Source: Pseudomonadota bacterium
GTDB lineage: Bacteria > Pseudomonadota > Alphaproteobacteria > Micavibrionales > Micavibrionaceae
Assembly: GCA_048498395.1 (NCBI GenBank)
Contig: JBEHYB010000001.1
Location: 3,023 to 67,022, forward strand
Direction of reading: 5' to 3'
DNA length: 64,000 nucleotides
In this document: in pieces, positions 57,818 through 64,000 of the stretch
Layout of the letters: each line of letters opens with the position of its first letter
How positions within the stretch are numbered: the stretch's first letter is position 1
Position numbers and translations under genes: made by a program
Notes under the pieces: model-generated
Told to the model about the DNA's origin: nothing
The model's database searches: none
What the model saw: the letters and a program-made list of their open reading frames with translations, nothing else

Positions 57818-59716
57818 TTATTTCTTGTCGTCGTCTTTTTTAGTGTCGTCGAAGAGGGCTTCTTCGACATCGATGACGCGATGCTTGAGATATTCCTTGT
57901 CCAGCTTGGCTTTCTCGACGACTTCCTCGAGCATGTTCTTATGGCTCTCGGCGTGCGCCAGCGCTTCATCTTTCGCGAACAGGTACACCGGCACGCCCAT
58001 CGAGCGCATGATCGCGTATTGCTGCACGAAAGAAATAAGGTTTGAAAATGTCCAGTAGATGACGAGACCCGACGGGAATTTCGACAATACGAAAGTCATG
58101 ACCCATGGCATGAAACGAGCCATGTCTTTCTGAACCGCGTCTGTCGGCGGCGGGTTCAGTTTCTGCTGCATCAGCATCAATATCAGCATGGCGATAGACC
58201 ACGGACCGATATGCAGGATTTCCGGCACCTGAAACGGCACCAGACCGAACAGGTTGAACACCGACAGCGAATCCTTTTCTGACAGGTCATGAATCCAGCC
58301 GAAGAAAGGCGCATGGCGCATTTCAATCGAGATGGAGATCACTTTATAGACCGCGAAGAAAATCGGGATCTGCAGCAACAGCGGGAAACAGCCAGCCATC
58401 GGGTTGACCTTCTCGGTCTCATAGAGCTTGATCAGTTCAGCCTGAAGTTTAGGTTTGTCGTTTGCGTATTTAATGCGCAATTCCGCCATACGTGGCGCGA
58501 CTTTTTTCATTTTCGCAAATGAACGGTAAGACGCGTTGGCAAGCGGGAATACGGCCGCGCGCACAAGGCAGGTCATCATGATAATCGCCACGCCGAAATT
58601 GCCGACCCAGCCGTTAAACAATGTCAGGAAGAAATAAAGCGGGCGGGTCAGGAAATACAAAAGACCGAAATCCACCGCAAGATCGAGATGTTTCACACCG
58701 AGCTTGTCTTCGTACATATCGAGCGTTTTGATTTTCTTGGCACCGACAAAAAGATGTGTCGCGTCTTCAACGGATTTACCGCTCTCGATGACTTTCGCAT
58801 CACCGCGTGCATCAACCTGGAACAGCGATTTTTCTTTAGGTTCTGCAGGGACAGCCGTGAAACGGAAACTGTGCTTTTCCTTCTGGTCCGGAATAAAGCT
58901 TGTCAGCCAGTATTTTTCCGACAGGCCGATCCAGCCGTTGCCGCCGTCAAATGACTGGTTCGGCGTTTTGATCAGGTCGAGATACTTGATCTGGTGCAGG
59001 TCGTCGCCGACATAACCAACCGGGCCTTCATAGCCAACAGTCGTTGAATGTTTCGGAATGTCCTTGCGGGTGATCGCCGAATAAGGATAGAGCGTGACCG
59101 GTTTGCCGGAGTTATTCGTGACTTTCTGGCTGATGGCAAAAACATAGTCGTTATCGAGTGAAATGGTGCGTTCGAATTTCAGCCCCTGGCCGTTATCCCA
59201 TTCGAGGGTGAGAGGTGATTCAGGGGTGAGCGAAGAACCTGATGATGTTTTTTTCCATGTCGTGTTTTTGCCTGGAACTTTGACTTCTGCGTCATCGGCG
59301 ACCCAGCCGGTTTCAGCATAGTAAGGTTCTTCAGTGCCCGGCGGGTTATAGATGGAAACTTTTTCATCACCGCCGATCGTCGTGAAATAATTCTTCAGTT
59401 CGACATCATCGATGCGTGCACCGGTCAACGAAACCGACCCGGTCAGTTGCGCATTGTCGATTTTGACGCGCGCGCCTTCGGCAAGCACTTCTGCCTTCGG
59501 CAGGATTTTGTTCGCAAGTTCTGCGCCCGGCGCGCTCGCTGCCTCTTTCGCTTTTTGCTGCGCGGCGAGCGCTGCCTGCTGGCGGGCCTCGAGATGAGGC
59601 TTCAGGACCATGCGGTCGAACGCGAACCAGAGCAGGACGGAACAGATCATGAAAATGATCAGGTTGCGTAAATCCTGCGGATGCATGCCTTGCGGATTCT
59701 GGTTGTTTGCGCTCAT
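57818..59716 (-). CDS. yidC: membrane protein insertase YidC
   Basis: 632-aa ORF with an N-terminal TM segment, a large periplasmic domain and the conserved C-terminal 5-TM core. It sits downstream of yidD and rnpA. Confidence 0.9.
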   Translation of the reverse strand: MSANNQNPQGMHPQDLRNLIIFMICSVLLWFAFDRMVLKPHLEARQQAALAAQQKAKEAASAPGAELANKILPKAEVLAEGARVKIDNAQLTGSVSLTGARIDDVELKNYFTTIGGDEKVSIYNPPGTEEPYYAETGWVADDAEVKVPGKNTTWKKTSSGSSLTPESPLTLEWDNGQGLKFERTISLDNDYVFAISQKVTNNSGKPVTLYPYSAITRKDIPKHSTTVGYEGPVGYVGDDLHQIKYLDLIKTPNQSFDGGNGWIGLSEKYWLTSFIPDQKEKHSFRFTAVPAEPKEKSLFQVDARGDAKVIESGKSVEDATHLFVGAKKIKTLDMYEDKLGVKHLDLAVDFGLLYFLTRPLYFFLTLFNGWVGNFGVAIIMMTCLVRAAVFPLANASYRSFAKMKKVAPRMAELRIKYANDKPKLQAELIKLYETEKVNPMAGCFPLLLQIPIFFAVYKVISISIEMRHAPFFGWIHDLSEKDSLSVFNLFGLVPFQVPEILHIGPWSIAMLILMLMQQKLNPPPTDAVQKDMARFMPWVMTFVLSKFPSGLVIYWTFSNLISFVQQYAIMRSMGVPVYLFAKDEALAHAESHKNMLEEVVEKAKLDKEYLKHRVIDVEEALFDDTKKDDDKK

Positions 59717-59752
59717 AGTTTTAACCTTCTGGCCTTCGTATATAAATAAGTC

Positions 59753-60016
59753 TTAGTGTTTGTGGGTTTTATAGCGGAACAGGTCCCGCCACGCAATTGA
59801 GTTAGGCACAGGATCGACCCATGATGATTTAATCCATGGATTGCATTTAACAATGCGGATCAGCCCCAGCGCCGTTCCTTTCAAAGCTCCATGTTTTTCA
59901 AGGGCTTCATGCATGTAACAGGAACAGGTCGGCGTAAAGCGGCACTGGTTCCCCATGAAAGGCGACAAGGTTTTCTGGTAGACCGTGACAAGGAATTGCA
60001 ACAGCCGCGCGATCAT
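59753..60016 (-). CDS. yidD: membrane protein insertion efficiency factor YidD
   Basis: I prefer the start at the ATG at 60016 (MIARLLQFLVTVYQKTLSPFMGNQCRFTPTCSCY...CNPW). An ATGA overlap joins it to the rnpA stop. Confidence 0.85.
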   Translation of the reverse strand: MIARLLQFLVTVYQKTLSPFMGNQCRFTPTCSCYMHEALEKHGALKGTALGLIRIVKCNPWIKSSWVDPVPNSIAWRDLFRYKTHKH

Positions 60017-60396
60017 GACTTCAGCAGTTCCAGTTTTTTCAGACACCACAACAGGTCGCGCTTTAACTGCTCGAATTCGCGGTCGTTCGTCTGGTAACGG
60101 CCCGTCACCATGTAATCCATATGATCCTTGGCGTGTGTCGGCAGAATCTCCTGGGCGATGGCCTTCAGTCTGCGCTTGATCCGATTGCGGTCGTGCGCGC
60201 ACTTGGCTGTTTTCTTACTCACGGTAACGCACAGCCCGTAAGTCTCGCTTCTGGTCTTCTTGCCTTGATAGGTAGGGAGCGCCTGCAGCACCAGCCCTTC
60301 GGAAACCCAGCGCGTTTTGCTTTTGCGCAGATGATCAAAAGCCGCCTGTGTTGGCAGACGGCTGATGGAGTCTATATTTTCTTGCGAAGCCTGCAT
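60013..60396 (-). CDS. rnpA: ribonuclease P protein component
   Basis: 127-aa basic ORF in the conserved position between rpmH and yidD. It carries an RNR-type motif (RNRIKRRLK). Confidence 0.85.
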   Translation of the reverse strand: MQASQENIDSISRLPTQAAFDHLRKSKTRWVSEGLVLQALPTYQGKKTRSETYGLCVTVSKKTAKCAHDRNRIKRRLKAIAQEILPTHAKDHMDYMVTGRYQTNDREFEQLKRDLLWCLKKLELLKS

Positions 60397-60424
60397 TGTG
60401 GCTTCCTCTTTTTAAGTAAAGCGA

Positions 60425-60565
60425 TTAAGCGCTCAGGACTTTACGGCCTTTAGCGCGGCGACGTGCCAGTACTTTTTGACCATTGGCAGTTGCCATACGT
60501 GAACGGAAACCGTGGCGACGTGCGCGAACAAGTTTAGATGGTTGGTAGGTGCGTTTCGTAGCCAT
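60425..60565 (-). CDS. rpmH: 50S ribosomal protein L34
   Basis: This ORF is below the ORF-track cutoff. My translation is [46 protein letters not shown] (46 aa). Confidence 0.95.
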   Translation of the reverse strand: MATKRTYQPSKLVRARRHGFRSRMATANGQKVLARRRAKGRKVLSA

Positions 60566-60630
60566 AGTAGTATCTCCAAATGAATTCTAGATGGCGGTTA
60601 TAGGGTATACGGCGTTTCAGAGTCAACTAC

Positions 60631-60639
60631 TTATCCACA
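60631..60639. promoter_or_regulatory. consensus DnaA box (TTATCCACA) upstream of rpmH
   Basis: Exact 9-mer TTATCCACA, 66 nt upstream of the rpmH start codon. I found only this one perfect copy nearby. Confidence 0.4.
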
Positions 60640-60654
60640 CCGGAACCAGACAGT

Positions 60655-60969
60655 TTATTTGGGCGAAACGGTCAATACCGGCGGATTGGTAAAACTGGCC
60701 TTTGAGCAATCGAGCTTGAATTCAGCCCTTTTGACCTTGCCATTGACCTTATCTTCGAACTGCCTGCAAAGGTTAACCGCATCGGAATGATGGGCTTTTC
60801 CCGCTTCTATGTCCTTTTTATGGGGGATTTGGACATGAACGTCATTATGCTGAAGAAAGAGACTCGTAAAGAGCCCGGCTCCAAACAAGCCGGTATAAAG
60901 CATTAATTTGCGTTCAAAGCGGGAATTTTTAGTTTTCTGGTCTTCGGCAGCACTCATATTATTCTCCAT
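60655..60969 (-). CDS. hypothetical single-pass membrane protein
   Basis: 104-aa ORF with one TM segment (LMLYTGLFGAGLFTSLFL). I recognise no family. Confidence 0.45.
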   Translation of the reverse strand: MENNMSAAEDQKTKNSRFERKLMLYTGLFGAGLFTSLFLQHNDVHVQIPHKKDIEAGKAHHSDAVNLCRQFEDKVNGKVKRAEFKLDCSKASFTNPPVLTVSPK

Positions 60970-61137
60970 TTTCTTATAATCTCGTAATTTTAATACAGCC
61001 TGTTTCGTAATATGTCAAAATTGCCATTCCTGAGGAAATTTAACTTATGTAAATAAAATACTTTACTCTGATGGCTTTTTTCTTTAATACCTTTGCCGTA
61101 TTGTTTTGCTGGCTGAACCTTCGAAGGATTTTTATAT

Positions 61138-61758
61138 ATGTATCAAGATAATAACTGGAATGCGGTAACGGGCGAAGAACTGGACGGATTTTTATCCCAG
61201 ATCGGCCAGATTGACGGAAAATACCAGGTCTCATCCAAATCCACCGAAGTTTCCTACCGTATGCTGCCCTTCTATGACGCGGTTGCGCTGGTCCGTCTTC
61301 AGGATCGTTCCTGGGGCAAGCCGAAACTGGCCATTTATTACCTGACCGATCAGGGCAACCTGTTCCGTCTTAACGGCACCTCCCCGCCAATTCACGAAGT
61401 GAACGCGAAAGCGCCGATCAAAATCACCGAAGAAAACGTGCTCGAATATCTGCGCTTTTTCTGTTTCTTCGTGCGCGGCGAAGAAGGTCCGTTCCTGATT
61501 GCCGAAAGCATGGAAGATCCGTACCTGCCGAAAAACATGGATCCGAAAACCAAAGCCGTTATCGAAGGCACGGTTCGCGGCGCGACCTATGAAGGCCGCA
61601 ACGAGCAAGGTTATTACATGTGCGACGCTGTCGTTTACTACTCGAACGCTCTGTTCATCGCGAATTTCGCGGTTCAGCCGGGCGGCATGATCGAAATGCT
61701 CGACGACGAACCGATCGCAGCCGATCTTCCGGTCAAGGTCGACGCACCGGTCGCTTGA
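61138..61758 (+). CDS. hypothetical protein (cytoplasmic)
   Basis: 206-aa ORF with no signal peptide or TM segment and no motif I recognise. A hairpin repeat with a T-rich tract follows it. Confidence 0.55.
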   Translation: MYQDNNWNAVTGEELDGFLSQIGQIDGKYQVSSKSTEVSYRMLPFYDAVALVRLQDRSWGKPKLAIYYLTDQGNLFRLNGTSPPIHEVNAKAPIKITEENVLEYLRFFCFFVRGEEGPFLIAESMEDPYLPKNMDPKTKAVIEGTVRGATYEGRNEQGYYMCDAVVYYSNALFIANFAVQPGGMIEMLDDEPIAADLPVKVDAPVA

Positions 61759-61783
61759 TAGAAATTCAGTTTCGTTAAATAAT

Positions 61784-61813
61784 ATTTGTCATCCCCGCGA
61801 AAGCGGGGATCTC
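61784..61813. repeat. palindromic repeat copy (ATTTGTCAT-CCCCGC-GAAA-GCGGGG-ATCT), probably acting as a terminator
   Basis: atttgtcatccccgcgaaagcggggatctc. The 20-nt core at 61791-61810 is identical, as its reverse complement, to 28875-28894. The T-rich tract ctctttctttttc follows it. Confidence 0.7.
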
Positions 61814-61850
61814 TCTTTCTTTTTCAGTTTTCGGAGCCTATGTTCCTGAT

Positions 61851-63089
61851 ATGGCGAAAGCGAAGAAGAAATACGACATTATCATTGTCGGCGGCGGCCT
61901 TGCGGGACTGACGCTCGCATCCGTCCTTGGCACGCATAAATTCTCCGTTCTATGTATCGACCGCGAAGAAATCCCCAAAACGCTGAAAACAAATTTCGAC
62001 GGCCGCACGACTGCCATTTCCTTCGGCTCGCATAACGTGATGAAAGAGGCCGGCCTGTGGAAGGCGCTTAAACCCCTTGCCTGTCCGATTAATACAATCA
62101 AGATTCTCGACGGCAATTCGCCGGTGCTGATGGATTTCCTCTCGGAAGAAGTCGGTGGCAATCCTTTCGGCCATATCGTTGAAAACCGCGACCTGCGCGC
62201 GGCGCTTTATGCGCGCATCAAAGAACTGAAGAACGCCGATCATCTGGCGGGCGCGATCGTAACCGGTTTTGCTGCGGACGAGAATGCAGCGCAGGTCACA
62301 CTCAAATCCGGCGAAAAATTCTCGGCGAACCTCGTGATCGGTGCCGACGGTAAAAACTCCGCGCTGCGCAAATTCCTTAAAATCACCACACATGGCTGGA
62401 CTTACGACCAGACCGCGATCGTCTGCTGCATCGAACACGAAAACCCGCACAATAACGTTGCGATCGAGCATTTCCGCAAGGAAGGCCCTTTCGCCGTGCT
62501 GCCGATGCTCGACGACCAGCGCGGCAACCATCGCTCGGCGCTGGTCTGGACGGTGCACGGCGCGAATGCGAAATCCTATCTCGATATGGACGCCGATACC
62601 TTCAATATTGCGCTGGCCGCAAGATTTCCTTCTGAATACGGCTTGGTCAAAGTTTCGGGCGAACGTTTCTCTTATCCGCTAAGCCTTCAGCATGCGCACA
62701 AATACACAGGCACGCGACTGGCTTTAATCGCCGAAGCCGCACATGCCATGCACCCTATCGCAGGCCAGGGCCTTAATATGGGGATGCGCGATATTGCGGC
62801 GCTTTCCGATCTTCTGCTCAACGCGCGCGATAACGATGAGGATCTGGGCGCGGATGAGCTTCTGACGAAATTCCAGCGTGCGCGGCATTTTGACAATTCG
62901 ATGATGATGGGCGCGACCGACGGGCTGAATAAACTGTTTTCGAATTCGTTGCCTTTTATCGGACCGCTGCGCCGCCTCGGTGTCGCGCTTGTCGATAAAT
63001 GCCCGCCCGCCAAGCACTTCTTTATGAGTCAAGCCATGGGAACCGCGGGCTTTGTGCCTGAGAAAATGAAGCGCAAGAATGCCGCCTAA
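61851..63089 (+). CDS. UbiH/UbiF/VisC/COQ6 family FAD-dependent ubiquinone biosynthesis hydroxylase
   Basis: 412-aa ORF with the FAD motif DIIIVGGGLAGL and the conserved AEAAHAMHPIAGQGLNMGMRD. Confidence 0.85.
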   Translation: MAKAKKKYDIIIVGGGLAGLTLASVLGTHKFSVLCIDREEIPKTLKTNFDGRTTAISFGSHNVMKEAGLWKALKPLACPINTIKILDGNSPVLMDFLSEEVGGNPFGHIVENRDLRAALYARIKELKNADHLAGAIVTGFAADENAAQVTLKSGEKFSANLVIGADGKNSALRKFLKITTHGWTYDQTAIVCCIEHENPHNNVAIEHFRKEGPFAVLPMLDDQRGNHRSALVWTVHGANAKSYLDMDADTFNIALAARFPSEYGLVKVSGERFSYPLSLQHAHKYTGTRLALIAEAAHAMHPIAGQGLNMGMRDIAALSDLLLNARDNDEDLGADELLTKFQRARHFDNSMMMGATDGLNKLFSNSLPFIGPLRRLGVALVDKCPPAKHFFMSQAMGTAGFVPEKMKRKNAA

Positions 63090-64000
63090 AAAAGCAAAAG
63101 CGAAACCGGTTAAAAAAGTTTCTAAAAAAACAGCGCCACGGAAAGCTGCGAAAAAATCCGCAGCAAAAATTAAAAAAATTGAAAAGAAAAGAATCAATCT
63201 GGCATTGCAGGGCGGCGGTTCGCATGGCGCTTTCACCTGGGGCGTACTCGATGAATTCCTGCGCGACGGACGATTGCATTTTGATTCAATCACTGCGACT
63301 TCGGCCGGCTCGATGAACGCTGCCGTGATGCTGTTTGGCATCCATAAAGGCGGACGCGAGGGCGGACGGCAATATCTGGAGACTTTCTGGCGGCGCGTCT
63401 CAGAGGCCAGTTCGCCTTTCAGCCCGACAGGCCAGACCCCCGTGAAATACATGCAAAACCTGTTTCCGTGGATTCCAAAGCCTTTTCTCAACAATGCCGC
63501 GGGACTTAATTACCTTGAGAATATCGGCCAGACGATTTCCCCCTATCGTGCGAACCCGTACAATATAAATCCCCTGCGCGACATTCTCGACGACATGCTG
63601 GATTTCAGCCAGAAATGGGAAGGCTTCAAGGGCACCGTTTTTATCTCGGCGACGAATGTCCATATCGGTGAATCCCGCGTTTTTAAAAACCATGAAATCA
63701 CGCTCGACGTGCTGATGGCCTCCGCCGCGCTGCCTTACCTTTATCAGGCGGTCGAGATCGAGGGCGATTATTACTGGGACGGCGGCTATACCGGGAACCC
63801 GGCGCTCTGGCCGCTCTTTTATGAATCGACCGTGCGCGATTTGCTGATTGTCCATGTGAACCCGATCATCCGTCCCGACGTACCGAAAGAGGCCTACGAG
63901 ATCGAAAACCGGCTGAACGAGATCACATTCAATTCGTCCTTGCTGCAAGAACTGCGCGCAATCCAGTTCGTCCAGAAGCTGCTCGAAAATGACATGCTCA
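63079..64000 (+). CDS. patatin-like phospholipase with a Lys-rich N-terminal tail (partial, runs off the right edge)
   Basis: Not in the ORF track because there is no stop in the window. My translation is MPPKKAKAKPVKKVSKKTAPRKAAKKSAAKIKKIEKKRINLALQGGGSHGAFTWGVLD...ATSAGSMNA...WDGGYTGNP. It shows the oxyanion GGGxxG, the Ser-lipase motif and the DGG Asp motif. Confidence 0.8.
   Translation, partial: MPPKKAKAKPVKKVSKKTAPRKAAKKSAAKIKKIEKKRINLALQGGGSHGAFTWGVLDEFLRDGRLHFDSITATSAGSMNAAVMLFGIHKGGREGGRQYLETFWRRVSEASSPFSPTGQTPVKYMQNLFPWIPKPFLNNAAGLNYLENIGQTISPYRANPYNINPLRDILDDMLDFSQKWEGFKGTVFISATNVHIGESRVFKNHEITLDVLMASAALPYLYQAVEIEGDYYWDGGYTGNPALWPLFYESTVRDLLIVHVNPIIRPDVPKEAYEIENRLNEITFNSSLLQELRAIQFVQKLLENDML

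Noticed and set aside
62724-63494. 256-aa minus-strand ORF
   Set aside because: It is antisense to the end of the UbiH-family gene and to the patatin gene. The plus-strand frames carry the diagnostic FAD and GGGxxG / GxSxG / DGG motifs.
1-64000. CRISPR arrays, IS elements or transposases, integrases, reverse transcriptases, toxin-antitoxin pairs, prophage genes, rRNA operons
   Set aside because: None was recognised by eye in the ORF translations or the intergenic repeats. The only dispersed repeats are the short palindromic hairpins reported above. A computational repeat scan would be needed to exclude short or degenerate elements.

Overview
This 64 kb window is a gene-dense chromosomal segment, about 50% GC by eye. 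Gene content and synteny look alphaproteobacterial: short-type psd next to pssA, Rsm22-like and NDUFA9-like proteins, and an alphaproteobacterial-type SerC N-terminus. Almost all of it is housekeeping. It carries serC/serB, an RND+MATE efflux array, many rRNA/tRNA modification enzymes (rsuA, an rsmC-like gene, Rsm22, rluB, dusB, rsmA), clsB-EEP-nfi and AsmA. It also carries a CHASE3 kinase with a response regulator, two MCPs, a DUF2946-YcnI-TonB-receptor copper cluster, two LPS-core-type glycosyltransferases, gmk and surA-ksgA. The rest comprises argH/argG/argF, uvrD, a GGDEF cyclase, psd-pssA, a porin, the engB-yidC-yidD-rnpA-rpmH block, a UbiH-family hydroxylase and a patatin-like lipase that runs off the right edge. 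There is one tRNA-Ser(GGA). I recognised no rRNA, CRISPR array, transposase, integrase, reverse transcriptase or prophage genes. I do not see a convincing multi-gene novel system. The best leads are: (1) a 1091-aa ClpA-architecture Hsp100 with an N-terminal region of about 500 aa, plus a stand-alone D1-only paralogue coupled to serB; (2) an AT-rich orphan membrane-protein gene next to tRNA-Ser; (3) argG, whose conserved N-terminus can only be translated from a non-canonical ATT/ATC start; (4) a short GAAA-loop palindromic repeat family; (5) several orphan genes, including a pilin-like one. All functional calls come from motif recognition by eye and none has been searched against a database.
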